64,000 nucleotides of DNA from the human T2T-CHM13v2.0 reference genome, Homo sapiens: NCBI RefSeq assembly GCF_009914755.1, contig NC_060929.1; one strand, written 5' to 3'. Positions 1 to 14,110 of the stretch are shown one piece after another. The notes beneath the pieces are model-generated. The model had not been told where the DNA came from. It was given only the letters and a program-made list of their open reading frames with translations, and did not search any database. Within the stretch, counting starts at the first letter, position 1; each line of letters begins with the position of its first letter. Made by a program: the position numbers and the translations under genes.

Positions 1-904
1 CAGGGAATAGCCTCGCCATTTCATCTCATCCCCAGATGCTGGAGTGCGTTGGTCTCCCTTCTAACCTCTAACCACTGAAAGGGACCCTCTGTACAACCAA
101 TCCTTGACTTTGGAATCATGGGCTGAGTAAGGCTGAAACATTTAGCCGTCTTTGGGACCCCAGTATTTCCCTAGTCTCACTCTAGTGTCTCTTGAAGTGG
201 CTGTCTTTCAAGGTGTTGACCCTACTCCCTGTTTCTAACATCTGCCTGCTACATAATCCAGCTGGACTTCTCAGGTATCCCTGGTGGCTGAACTCCTTAG
301 ACCAGGGAGCTCCCCTAGTGCCTCTAGTGCTGACAAAGTGCCACTTTGCAACAGTTTCTGCCCTTTTCCCGGTTCTCTGGCTTCTAAAGCCTTCATTTAT
401 CCACAGATAGAAATACAATCAATCCCATCCTTACTCTTTCTTTTGACAATTTTCTTCATCAGATATACACTTAGAATTTAACTCAACTGTGTTCTCTCCT
501 ATTTTGTCGGTCACTGCTGTAACTTACATGGAATCATGGTTGGGTGGCAGGGACTGAAGTAGTTAGTTCTCACTTATTTACTGTGAAATGAATAGTTTGA
601 GATTCGGTCAGTAGTCAGAATGGTATTCTTCACTTCCTCCTTTTCTTTATTTACTATGCTACCTGGTTTGTGAACATTTTCTCCAGCTGCAAGCAATTTA
701 CACAAACTGTAAACTCTTTATCCATTATAATCCCTGTAACTATGCCTAGAGACTGGAAAATGACCAGTTGTCATTACATTCGGAAAAGCATAGAAAGGAT
801 CTCCTTACTTGTGGCCCTACACCTGGTACTTTTCAGATAGTAGATGAGTTATTAGGATGATTTGCACCTCAGTTTTCTTATCTGTAAAATGGGAGGGTTG
901 CCTT

Positions 905-1528
905 GCATTTCATGCTGTGTTCTTTGATGCCCTGGGGGATTGCCGGATTGCCAGAGGACTCATTGGGAATTTGGGGATGGGGAAGAGCATGTGTCTAGAG
1001 GGCCTTCATCCCTCATTCAACTAGCAAAAAGCCACTTATTCTGTGTTATATATTTGGTTTCTATGAGAGATTGGATTATTGGTCAGCAATAAAAATCACT
1101 CCCTTCCTTCTTCCTCTTGGAGCAGACCGTAACTCCCCTGTTCTACTGACTTTGGGCTTGGCTATATGACTAACTTTGGCCAATGAAATGTGGGAGGATG
1201 TGATGTGAATAGAGGCTTTAAATGTACTTGCATGGTTTGGCTTACCTCTTGTACTCTTCTGTTTGCTGTGAGAATATGCTGCAGGGAGCCACTGGTCCAA
1301 GGAGAAGAAGAGGGGTGTAGAACAGACCTAAACCCAACCTGTAGCCTGAAACAGAGCCGAGTCCAGCCTAGATCCACTTATAGTCAACCTGTTGATCTGT
1401 TAGCACAAAAACACATGCTGCCATAAGCTGTTGTGTTTTGTTACACAGCTATAGCTGTCTAATTCAGCTTACAAATAAGTTTTGTCCATAATCATATTTT
1501 TTGGTTTAAAAAAGTTTGAAAACCACTG
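905..1528 (+). mobile_element. MER103C-like hAT-Charlie MITE, split by an MLT1 LTR
   Basis: Internal 'ttattctgtgttatatatttggtttc' (~1036-1061) and terminal 'aaaaaagtttgaaaaccactg' (~1508-1528) resemble the MER103 consensus. The two halves are separated by the MLT1. Confidence 0.5.
1080..1466 (+). mobile_element. MLT1 (H/I/J-type) MaLR solo LTR
   Basis: 'gactaactttggccaatgaaatgtgggagg' core; 3' end 'ttgttacacagctatagctgtctaattca'. Confidence 0.65.
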
Positions 1529-2689
1529 GGTTTGCTGAGTTTTCAGCTTTCCCATCCACTTCTACTGTCCTGTTTCTTTCTCTTTGTGTATTTAGGAAAG
1601 AGAGGGAGAAAGAAAGGGTTTTGGAAACAACACAGTCTGGTAGAAAGAAAGAAAGGATAATTTTTTTCTTTTGAGGAAAGAGGGACTTAGGGAGCTGGGA
1701 GGAGAGATAGGCACATTCATAGTTAAAGTATGTTTTGTTTCTTTTTTGAACCCTCAAGTAAACATTTCTCCACTGACATTGTTTTGCACTGTTACATTAT
1801 TTTGTTCACTTTAGTGTTCCATTTGTACAACCTCTGAAATTCCAGGAAGAAGGTGAAAGAATAACATTGCACATAGCCCTGGGTTGTGCTGTGTTTACTT
1901 CATGATGGACCGTTCACTTGGGCTTAACCTTAAACTGACCTTTCTGATTCCAGACGAGACAGCAAAGCTTTGCTCACAGATTCAAAATCAGGGAACAGAA
2001 ACAGCTGACTTCCCTGGCCAAGGATGTTTTCCATTCTCATTATTTTTGTCCGTGGTCACAAATGAGATGCTAGGGAAGTAATTTTTAGGAATTCCTGGAG
2101 TACTTTACTTCTGATGTGCATGCACAGATACCCTGGGGTCTTATGCAATTGGTACCCCACCCCAAAGTCTGGATATATTCGTTGTAGGATGAAGAGAGGG
2201 AGGAAGGAAGGAGGACTGAGGAAGGTCTTAGGCTATTTTCAAGCTCTTTTTTGCTCCGCACTTTGCAACATGGTTTTATTTTATTCTTATAAGTTTTGAG
2301 ATCATCTCAAATATAAATACAAAACCATTGATCAAAGGCCAAGAATAAGAAATATTTAGATGCCCTCTATTGCAGTGAAAAAGCAAATGGTTGCTATATC
2401 ATGCGTAAAGGTAATCTCTTCAAGGATTAGCACTTTAGGTCAGATCATGGAAGCCTGGTTTTGTTTCTCAGAAAGAGTGTCTTTCTGGGGCTTGGGAGGC
2501 CAACACGAGGCAGGCTGAGCTTTGTCTATGGCAGGAGCTGAGTTTGAGTCTATCTCTGCCATTAGCCTGTGCTCAGGTTGTGTCCCTACACTGATGGCCA
2601 TCAGAATTTGGGTATCAAGTGATTCGCTTGCTTGTACTAGATTGAGCTCCTTTGAGGACAACAGGAGCCATTAATATTTTAGAGCCAGA

Positions 2690-2984
<295 letters not shown>

Positions 2985-3215
2985 TTAGAATCTGGACTGG
3001 TATAAGCCTTAATTCAAATGCCATCTTTGCCCTGTACAAACTGTGTGACCTTGGGCAAATAACCAGTTCTTTGTTTCTTCACCTGTAAAATGGGGATAAT
3101 TAGTACTTTTCTCATAGGGATGCTGTGAAGAGTCAAAGATATAATGGTTGTAGAGTGCTCATCACAGAGCCTGGCATGTTGTATCTGCTCATATATGTTA
3201 GCTATCACCATCATT
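2985..3215 (+). mobile_element. MIR SINE
   Basis: MIR core 'tgtgtgaccttgggcaaat...cacctgtaaaatggggataat'. Confidence 0.8.
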
Positions 3216-3347
3216 GCTGCTGCTGCTGTTTTTATTAATCTAGTCCTGGGAATTTATATCATGGAAAAAAGCCAAAAAAGTTATATGCTTAAAAATGTGT
3301 ATTGCATCTTGTCTATAGCAATGAGAAATTAGAAACAATCTAAGTGC

Positions 3348-3470
3348 CTCATTCATTCAGTCAATTTAACAAATATTTTTTGAAGTCCTATTATATGCCA
3401 GGCACTGTATCCCACTGTTTGGGGTACATCACTGAATAAGAGAGACAAAGATCCCTGCTTTTGTGATGGA
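3348..3470 (-). mobile_element. L2 3' end fragment
   Basis: 'cattcattca...aacaaatatttt...atatgccaggcactg' is the reverse complement of the L2 3' end. Confidence 0.7.
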
Positions 3471-4307
3471 GAATGGGTAGCTAAACTATGGGACAATAAT
3501 TCAATGGAATGTTATACAGCTATTAAAGCAATAGCAATGAAGACATGGGAAGTTGTTTGTCGTGTCATGTAAAATCAAAAAGCAGAAGAGGAAAACATAG
3601 ATGCCTTAAAATATATGTGTGGGTGGACAGAGACTAGAATGGAGCATTTAAAAATGCAAGTGGTTGTTAGAGTGATGGAATCATGTTTTTTGTTTTTCAG
3701 TAATGTTTGAAGTGGTTTTACAACATTATGGAAAAAATACATATATATGCATAAATAATTGAGAAAAATGAACTGGCCCTAAGAGAAGTTTCTTATGGTT
3801 TAGGAATCAAAGTAAGGCTTATAGGCAGAAGAGGAAATTGCCTAGGTAGCAAGGAAGGAAAAATTGCTATTTCAAACCAAAAATGACTGTTGCAGTTCCA
3901 CTGTGCACTGGAAGCATGGAATTCATGCCAAGGATGTTAGTTCTTTGTTAAGGAAAACCTGTTAAGCAGATGAGTAAAAGAGGCCCTGAAGCCTCTGGAG
4001 AGAGGAGAGTTCAGACTTAAACGTCTTTGTATAATAAAGTAACAGAAGATTTCCATTTTCCCTCAGCAGTTTGGGGATGGAAGGGAGAAATAGAGATTCA
4101 GAGGCTGGAGAACTGGGAGAAGATGAGTAAAGGAAAGAGCCAGCTAAAGAGGTTGGAAGAGATGAGGCCACAATAGCAACTTGAAGAACACTGATAACTA
4201 ATACTCAATTTTAAGAGATTCCCTGTCCCAGGAGACCATATGTCTCCCCACTCTTACCTTCCCTCAGGAGTCTCCAAGAGGGCACTGTACCCCCATGGGA
4301 TAGGGGT

Positions 4308-4722
4308 TGTTATGGTTTGGATGTCCCCACCCTAATCTCCTGTTGAATGTAATCCCTAATGTTGGAGGTGGGACCTGGTGGAAGGTGTTGGGATCAGGGG
4401 GGTGGATCCCTCATGAATGGCTTGGGCCATCCCCTTGGTGATAAGTGAGCTCTGGCTCTGAGTTCACAGAAGATCTGGCCATTTAATAGTGTGTGACACC
4501 TGCCCCCACCCCTCTCTGTCTTGCTCCTGGTTTCACCATGTGATGTGCAAGCTCCCACTTTGCCTTCTGCCATGAGTAAAAGCTCCCTGAGGGCTCCCTA
4601 GAAGCCAAGCAGATGCTGGCACCATGCTTCCTGTACAGCTTGCAGCACTGTGAGCCTGAAACTTTTCTTTATAAATTACTGACTTTCAGGTATTTATAGC
4701 AATGCAAGAATGACCTAACACA
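4308..4722 (+). mobile_element. MST (MSTB-like) MaLR solo LTR
   Basis: TGTTATGGTTTGGATG start, GACCTAACACA end; 5-bp TSD ggggt/ggggc. Confidence 0.88.
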
Positions 4723-5910
4723 GGGGCTTGGGTCATTTTGTTTGGTTATTAAAAGAAGGCTGATGTCATAGAATATTCAGGGTTCACCTACACAGGGGGG
4801 ATCTGAGGGGTCAGAAGCTACCTGTTTCAAATTGACTGCTTTTGGGGCCTGAAATGGCTTCATTGCCACCACTAGCAATATGATCTTTTGCAAATAGACA
4901 ATCTAGGATCCCTGATTTTTTAGGTGCAGCAAGGTCTGGGAGAAGTGTTGCTCTTCCATGAAGACCTTAAGGAGAATGATTCTGACAGATCATTGATCTT
5001 CTGAGGCAGGAGGCTGAGCAGGTTTTTATTAATGGGTGGAGAAGGGAACAGTGAGCACACAGGAGAGTGATACTGGGGCTTGGAGACTGGGAGGCGGGAG
5101 GCAGGTGGTGGGAGGAAGCCTTCTGCAGCCCAAAGTCTCTTAGGACAACTGGGGAGTGGTCTCTAGACTCTGAATCCTGCTCCCAGGAGACCCTGTGGCT
5201 ATGCCCCTTTTGGGAATGGTACTTAACTTAAAGGCCTGTAGAATAACAACCTTGTATGGCCTTGGAAAACCAAGGTGGGGGTGGGGAGGAGCTGTCTGCC
5301 CCAGGTGCAGGCTACATTTAAAAATGCTAATAAAATAAAGTAAAACAAACTGCTTTTTATTATCACCATGTGCCAACAGTCAGTGATAAACTACCCCTCC
5401 CTCCTGGGGCAGATGGTTTGGGCCGTCCGCATCCCCTAGTCTGGCCAGGCTGTGGGATGGCAAACAGCCAAAGTAGGGGATCCAGAAGGAGCACGTGCAG
5501 GAAGAAAACCCAGATTCCTCACACTGGTAAATAAGAGGCTTCTCAGGACTGAACTTGAAAAACATGAGCCCCACCAAGGGCGGGACAAGAAAATCCTCAG
5601 AAGACGGCTGAGCAGAGGTTAAGCAAACATCGGTGCCAAGCCAGTGGCAGCTCGGTAAGCAGACAGCTCCCATCCTTGGCGAATGCTTAGGATTAGTGTC
5701 TGTTCAGAGAAAAGAAAAGACCTAATCTCAGCTGTGGTGGGGAGAGAGGGCTAACTCCTCTTTTGTGAAAGATCACAGCCCCAGCAAGATCTTGAGACAA
5801 TGTTCTAAAAACACGTGGCTGTCCTGCAACCCTGGGGGCACTTCACAGGCTATGGGAAGGGAGGAAACCCAGATCCCTTCTAAATCCTAGTGTTTAATGG
5901 GACTGAGGCC

Positions 5911-6074
5911 ACTAAAGTTTAGACCAGCAGCATCAGCATTACATGGGAACTTGTTAGAAATGCAGATTCTCAGATCCTACCCCAGACCTACTGGATCAGA
6001 AACTCGGGCTGGGGCCAGCAATCTGTGTTTTCATCAGCCTTCCTGATGACTCTGATGCCTAAGTTTGAGAGCCA
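5911..6074. mobile_element. MER5A hAT-Charlie MITE
   Basis: 'cagcagcatcagcatt..gggaacttgttagaaatgcagattctc..cccagacctact..gcaatctgtgtttt'. Confidence 0.85.
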
Positions 6075-6219
6075 AATCCAGAGTGAAAGTTCCCTCTGAA
6101 AGGTTCCCTCTGAAAGGTGGCAGCTGTGAACTCCCTCTGCTCTCCTCCATTCCAAGTACCTGGGGCTTGCAGGTCTGCAAAGTGCTATGATGGTGCTATC
6201 ATTGCAAAAGACACAGGCT

Positions 6220-6504
<285 letters not shown>

Positions 6505-6964
6505 TTTTTTTTTTTTTTAAATTTCTGGAGAAGGCTGTGAATAGCATTAGTTAATTACTGGGTCTGCAGCCTGCATTGTGAAACATTCTAAGGAAAGACA
6601 ATTGAATAACCCTGCTCCAGTGTCTCATTCTTCTTATGTTTGGGAAATTTAATCCAATTATTTAAGCCAATCCTTAATGTGTGGGCAAGTTCTCCAATTG
6701 TCTAACCTAAATCCCTTCTACTATACATGCAAACCTAGAGGGAAATTTGTCTTAGAAATGATAACTTTCATCAGAGTTTTTGATCCAAAAGTTCGTAGAA
6801 AGAATGGGAAATAGGAGGGAAAGGGCTGCCCAGAATTAACGTCCCATTGGCTGGGCCCAGGCAGCCCTGTGTTTAGTAGACACTTCTGGTGACCTGGTAA
6901 GGTCCTGGGACTGTGTCATTGCACTGTTTGGGAGGCTGTGTAGTGAGGCAGAAATTACTTCATT

Positions 6965-7100
6965 TTTAAGAGGCTGGGTTAAAACTTGGCTCTCCTGTGT
7001 ATGAGCTCTGTGATGTTGGGCAAGTTCTTTATCTACTCTAAGTTTGCTCATCTCAAAATTGGGGTAAACTCCGCAGAGGGTTGTACCAAATGTTGAAGGT
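6965..7100 (+). mobile_element. MIR SINE fragment
   Basis: 'tgtgatgttgggcaagttc...gtttgctcatctcaaaattgggg'. Confidence 0.6.
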
Positions 7101-7317
7101 GAGGGTGTGATGTCATTGTTCCTTAAAACCAGACGGCAGGGGCATGTGCTGCAGCGGACGCTAGAGAGGTGGGCAGGAGCCAGATGTTGAGGGGCATCGT
7201 ATACCTCCCTTTACAAAACCATTGGCAAGAGTTATTTTGTATTTTTAACAGTCTGAGTTTTACTCTAAGAGCGTCCACATGTAGTGTCACCCAAATGCTT
7301 CACAGAGTAGGGAGATA

Positions 7318-7404
7318 TTAGGTTGGTGCAAGAGTAATTGCAGTTTTTGCAAAGGAAATCTACTTTCAATTGCAAAAACCTCAATTACTTTTGCACCAAC
7401 CTAA
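7318..7404. mobile_element. MADE1 (Hsmar1-derived mariner MITE), palindromic
   Basis: 35-bp TIRs TTAGGTTGGTGCAA...TTGCACCAACCTAA with 3 mismatches; TA target duplications at 7316-7317 and 7405-7406. Confidence 0.95.
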
Positions 7405-7879
7405 TACTTCTGTAGGTTTCAACCCCTGGCATGAGGGGGTTGGTCAGCACAGTCACATCCTGAGGGCTTTTCCAGAGTCTTCCATGGCAATAGCTCCATA
7501 CTTGCAAACTCATCACCACCTGCTGAAGGCCAAGGAACAATGTGGTAGGTAAAGTCAGCTCATGCTCTATGCTGAGGGTGGGTATGAAGAGTGGGAACTA
7601 GCGACCAGGAGGGTTATGTTTGCGAGTAAACCATCAGGCAGAAGGGAGATGTGAGTAATCTCAGGTCACTGAGTTCAAGGCAGTTGGGAGAGGCCCATTT
7701 CTTGGCCACATATTCATTTGTCAGTTCCCACTGACTGCCTGCATGTGTCAGACACTTGTTAGGAAGACAGGGGCGGTCCTGTCCTCGGCTTGTTCACAGT
7801 CCAAGACAGCTCCAGGCTAGAGTTGGAAAATGCCGGTGTTTCTGTGTGCGAGAATGATCTGAGGAAAGTTTTTGGCCTT

Positions 7880-8386
7880 ATGGGGTGTGCACCCCAACCC
7901 CTTCCAAAGATATTCACATCTTAATTCCTAGAACCTCTGATTATGTTACTTGTCATGGCAAAAGGAGCTTTGCAGATGGATTAAGGACCTTGAGATGGGT
8001 TGTTCATGCTGGATTATCTGCGAGGACCCCAGTGAATCACCAGGGTTCTGAAAAGTGGAAAAGGAGGCAGAAGAGAGTGGAAGGAAGATGGGACTACGGA
8101 CAAAGAGCGATGCCTGCAAGGTTCAACCTGCTGTGGCTGCCTCTGGAGATGGAGGGAGGGGGCCAAGAAGGAAGGAATGCAGGTGGCCTCTAAGAGCTGG
8201 AAAGGCAAGGAAATGGATTCTCTACTAGAGCCTCCAGCAAGGAACGCCCCCCTGCTGACCCCTTGATTCTAGCCCAACAGGAACCTTGTCAGACTTCTAA
8301 CCTACAGAATTGTGAGATGATACATTTGTGTTGATGTAAGCCACTAAATTCATGAATTTGTTGTAATTGCCCCAGGAAACTAGTCA
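7880..8386 (+). mobile_element. MLT1D-like MaLR solo LTR
   Basis: 'caaagatattcacatcttaattcctagaacc..catggcaaaagga.ctttgcagatg'; 'agagcctccag'; 3' 'ggaaactagtca'. Confidence 0.85.
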
Positions 8387-8789
8387 ATGAAGCTCTGGAC
8401 CTGTAGTCAGACCAAGACTAACCATTTGTCTCCAACTCCAAGAAGTCTCCTGCAGTCTCTGTACCTGAGGTCTTTGGTTGGGATGTGGGGACTGACTTCT
8501 TTGAGAGATTGGCTGCACTAAATCTCTGAAGGTCCTAGGCTGGGTGTAGCAGGAAGTTCAGATTCAGGGCCAGGAGTGCCCATAGGCACTTGCAGGGATG
8601 CTCTCAGGATGTCACAGAATCCCGAGTGTCAATATGGCAGGCGGATGAAGAGATACAGCCTTGGCAAAGCTTGCCAGGTCCGACGAAGTAACAACTCAGG
8701 CAGGAGAGGAGCCTCTTGTTTGGACTTGGCCTAAATATTGTATCTTTCTTGGGTTTTGGGTATCCCTTGCTGTCGTAGAGAGAACACAG

Positions 8790-8960
8790 GATTCTCTTCC
8801 AGCCAGATCACTTACAGATTGTGCAACATTGGGCAAATTACTTAACTTCTCCAAACCCTAGTTTCCTCGTTTGTAAATATGCACTTTTCTATGTTACTAT
8901 GAGGAGGGTTGTTACAAAGTATAAATAAAGCTGTGTAAAGCACCTGGCACATAATGGGAC
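8790..8960 (+). mobile_element. MIR SINE
   Basis: 'gggcaaattacttaacttctc..agtttcctcgtttgtaaa..gcacctggcacata'. Confidence 0.75.
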
Positions 8961-9976
8961 AATGACTCTTTCTGAAGAAGGATAGTTGTAGGATTCTCTC
9001 CAGCTTTGTGGATGGTTGTAGAACCAAGTGTGAGTACCTTCCTGCTGGCTAGTCAGAGTCATGGTTAGTCAGAGTTTTGGGGCTGCTGGGAGTGCAGCCA
9101 AGCAGGCGATCCACCCCCCAGGCACCCTTTGAAATAAGATATACAGCTGGTCTTTTCAGTCAGGTTTTAGGGAAGGGCCATGTGACAGGAAACTGCATAG
9201 CCGAAGGCATTACTGGGTCTGGGTTCTTTGGGCGTTGATGGTGGCTCTAGCAGGGAAGACAATGAGAGCAGCTTGGTGAGTCTTGGAAAACACACCCATT
9301 CCCCCAGCCAGTGACTCTGCAGGGGAATAGGCATCTTTCAGCCTCCTGCATTCCCCTGGAAGGGCACTGCCTACGCCTCTCCAGGCCTGATCTGTTTTCC
9401 TGATATTTTAGCATCCTTCTATAGCCAAGGTACTCCGACAGGTCTGAGAGGAGGCAGAGGACCTGAGGTCCAACCCTGACCCTAGGCTGCTCTTTTATAC
9501 CTACCACCCCAGAGTGAGCTCAGTGTGGCAGGAGCCCACTCTGAAGTTAAATAAGAGCCACCTGGGAAGGCAGCCCTGAAACCTCCCTGGCTTCCACCTC
9601 TTCCCACTTTTCTCCCCAAGCCTGTAGGGGCCTCAGGCTGCTCAAAATTCCCTTGCTCTAGACCCTCACTCAGCAGACCCCTTCCTGATATGTTTCTGGA
9701 TAAGCAAGAGTTTACAATAGAACTTTGACATCCCAGAAGACTATACTTCAGATCTTTCTGACCCCTCCAAGACTTGAGAATAAAGAATAAGAGAATGTAT
9801 GCATGAGTTCTTGGTTTCCTCCTAATTCACATTTCCACTGAGTTGAATGCTTCTGTGCTTACCCTCACTTTGCTCATTAACTGCAGTTAACTACCTTTCC
9901 AACTTCCCCTGAAGTTTTATCCCTCATTTGATGGCTATTTTTTACACAGAAACAAATTTTTAAAAATCATTTGTCA

Positions 9977-10272
<296 letters not shown>

Positions 10273-11056
10273 AAATCATTTGTCAGAGCTACTTTGTACA
10301 CATCTTCAGCGAGTAGAGAACGATGGAACCTGGTACCTTAACAAAATTACAAATTGCTACATTCCCTAGACCTTTGGAATTGCTTCAGAATGAGAGTTTG
10401 CCATGAAATGAAATTGGGACTGCTGAGTGCCGAGGGCCTATTGCTCCTGTCTACCCCATTGAAACAGTTTCTTCTCCACTAGCCACTGCTGGGTGCTAGG
10501 AAAGCAATCTGATTGTGCTAATCCAGGCGAATCCACCTTGGGATGTTTGTACATTCATCAGGATGAATTTAAATTTGGTAAAGCATCAAATATGAATGAG
10601 GTTTTTTTTTTTTAAATTAACTTTTTTATTTGGTGGAGTTGTTTTTATTCTACATTTGTGTCCTTTGTGCACTCTTCAGGCTGTGAATTTTTAAAAGAAG
10701 AACCACAATGATCATTAGGAAAAGAATACCCACTGTACACTAGAATAAACATGAAGGAAAGTTATTTGATTGCAAACCCAAAGCATTCAAAGTTTTATGG
10801 ATTAATAAATTAACACTTATTAGTAATAAATGATGTTTTAATTATGTTAATTTCTAAGAAGATGGAGGGCAACTTTTTTTGCACTAATGAATGTGCTAGG
10901 TGCAAGAGAATACAGTGATGAATTAAACAGATATCAATTATTTCTCTTTAAATCTCCAGGTCTTCCACCTTTCTCACTGTTATGACAAATAATCATACAA
11001 CTCAATGATGCTTATGTAGAGTGTTGAGTGGATATCAGGTGAACTTTGCCTTAAAT

Positions 11057-11232
11057 CAATGGTTCTAAACTAGGGTGATTTTGCAACCCAGGGGACATTT
11101 GGCAATGTCCGGAGAACCAACTAGATGCCAATGGCACCTAATGGGTAGGAACCAAGAATTCTGTGAAAAAAGAATCTCCCAACAAAGAACTTCCTGCACC
11201 AAAATGTCAACAGTTCTGAGGTTTAGAAACCT
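11057..11232 (+). mobile_element. MER20 hAT MITE (internally deleted)
   Basis: 'gggtgattttgc..ccaggggacatttggcaatgtc' and 'aaatgtcaacagt.ctgaggtt.agaaacc'. Confidence 0.85.
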
Positions 11233-13134
11233 TTCTCTAAACAATAGATTCTCCACTTTTGAAAGCTAATGTGCAATGGGAAATGTTACTGATGTGAATG
11301 TGCTGAGCTTGGGCCCAGAGTGGAGGCAGGAAGATCTGAGACCCTTCCCTCTGATGTGTGTGTAGCTATAGCACCAAGCTCTTTATACTGCCCTGTCATT
11401 ACAGATGGCGTTCATGGTCATTTCCTGTAACTAAAAAGATTGAAAAGAGAAATCAATTCTGATTCTGCTATTGACTAGCTGTGTGATCTCAGGTAGGTCA
11501 CTTACACTCTCTGGACCTCAGTTTCCTCATATAAAATGCAAAGTTTGCAATACAAGATCTGTAAGGTATTGTGTAGCATTCTCATTCTGTACCCACAGAA
11601 GCATTTGCAACACTCAAAGCCTGTCCTTCCTGTCTCTTGGTCTGCCAATCCTTTTCAAATCAGACTGGCCCTTCCTCTTTCCCCTACCATTACTTGAGCA
11701 GTTTCTAGGCTCATTTTTATTTAAAAAAAAAATTGAATTCCTAAGGCTCCAGAGTTTCAAATAACTCTTGGTAAATTAGAGCCCAATAAATATTTCATAG
11801 TTAAACCCAAAATAGCAACCTGACTCCTCCCTAGTATTAAACAGATTGAAAAAGTCTCCACAGTGGGAAGAGAATATCCCAGCAATTGAAGACATCTGTG
11901 GATATGGCAGTTTTACCCTCCTGGCTGTATCAAAGAAACAGACTCCTAAAGTGTATTTAAAGGTACCCTGCCAATATCAGCACTTCGTCCAGATAAATTG
12001 CAAGGCCTGGAGTTGGAAGTAAATTTGCATTTTGAAAAGGAGAGGCTGTACCTTCCCGGTAAATAAGCGCTTGAATAAATCAGGACTCAGTAATAAGCAC
12101 TGTCTAAATGAGTTTAATAACTGTCTCTGACTTGAATCCAAGTGTCAGGACTGGAAAAAGTTGGTTGAAACTGGTCCCTTCTGTGAAAGATAAAATGGGT
12201 GAAATAGAAATGTCCTTCTGAGAAGTTAAAAGTCTTCTTGTTTACAACTGGCCAGTGGAGACATTAATAAAGGCAGAGCTCCAAAATACCAACACATTAC
12301 TAATCTTGCCCATAGAAATTTGTTCTTTTATTGTAGATTTGTTAACGGTTGGTTAGCTCTGGCACTTGAATAGTGATCAAAGGTGGACAGAGAAGTACTG
12401 AGGCATGAATCTAGAAGGAGAGGAGGCTTTGAAAGGTACTGGATTGGGCCTGTTCCCACTGTCCCTTGCCCATCCAGAACCCATTCTCCTGCCCATCAGA
12501 TTGTTTTGGGCAGGCTTCTCCCAGTCTGACCCATTCTGGAGAACTCTAAGGGAAAGCTGGCACTTGGAAACCCCAGTTTTATGAATGTCTCAGTTACAGA
12601 TTTCTGGTCTTAATTACCGGGTTGGAGAAATGATGTGTGTTTTCTAAGATTAGCTTTTACACCAGCTACTGTAACTGGCTAGGCTTGAGCTCTTGCAGAA
12701 GTAGCCTGGCAGCTGCAGAGAAATGACTTTCTGTGAGGGGGCAAAGAGCCATCTGAGTGTTTGGAGAAGCCATTTACAGAAATATTTTTTTCCTTGTGTG
12801 GTTTATGTGTACTGGCTAAGGATTTTGACTTGGAAAAGAAAGAAGGTAAGTAAATGATAGCAGTCAGTCAGTTATATTTGTAAAAGTTTGGAAGTTAATG
12901 ATTTCATGATCCATTCCGAGGACTCTTACAGCCCAGGATCTGTCATGACCAGATGTTTCCTTCATCCAGCAGCGTATGTTATTGAGCACCTGTGACTGTC
13001 CCTGTGCTGTGCAAAGGGGACACAGTTGTGAATCACCCAACATAATTCTGTCCTACTATTAGACCTTGTAGTCTAGTCTTTGTCCAGTTGTTTTTACCTC
13101 ATCTAAATTATTGCTGTACAGTTATTTTAGCACT

Positions 13135-13659
13135 TGTATCATTTATCTATTACCACAATAATACTGTGTAACAAAGCACCCAGAAACACAGTGGCTGAAA
13201 GCAATGAGTATTTACTAAGGCCATGGTCTCAGGACGGCAGTGTAGGTTGGCCTGTCTAGGAAGTTCTTCTGGTCTTGGTTGGACCCATTAGTATGCCTGA
13301 TAGTTGCCAGGGTTGACTGAATTAGGACGGACTCAGCTGGGAGGTTCTTCTGGCTTCAAATGAGTCTGGCAGTTGATAGGCTGTTGAGTGGGGCAGAATC
13401 ACTGGGCCATGTGTTCCTCATCCTCCAGTGGGATAGCTTGGACATGTTCATGCAGCAATCACAGATGAGCAAAAGTAGAAACACTAGAATGCTTCCTTTT
13501 AAGCTTTGGCTTCTGTTGAACCTGCCTACTGGTCAAAGCAAGTTGGAAACTGAGAGTCAAAGAATGGGGATAGATATTCTACCTTTTGATAGGTGAAGCT
13601 GCCTGAGGATCCAGAGAGGGATAAAAGATTGGAGCCATTGGTGTCATCGGTCTATCACA
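13135..13659 (-). mobile_element. MLT1 (H/J-type) MaLR solo LTR
   Basis: 'tgtatcatttatctattacc..tgtgtaacaaagcaccc..acagtggctgaaagcaa' is the reverse LTR 3' end; ends 'ctatcaca'. Confidence 0.7.
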
Positions 13660-13814
13660 GTATTTGATGATATGGGTGGCATTTTCTTTTTATTTGTAGA
13701 AAAGACAATTATATGTATCTGTGTTTATTTAAATATATTATTGTTTTAATTGAGGACTAAATACTAATTATTGTCTTAACTAGGAAAAATAGCCAATAAA
13801 TACTTCTTGAATGA

Positions 13815-14110
<296 letters not shown>

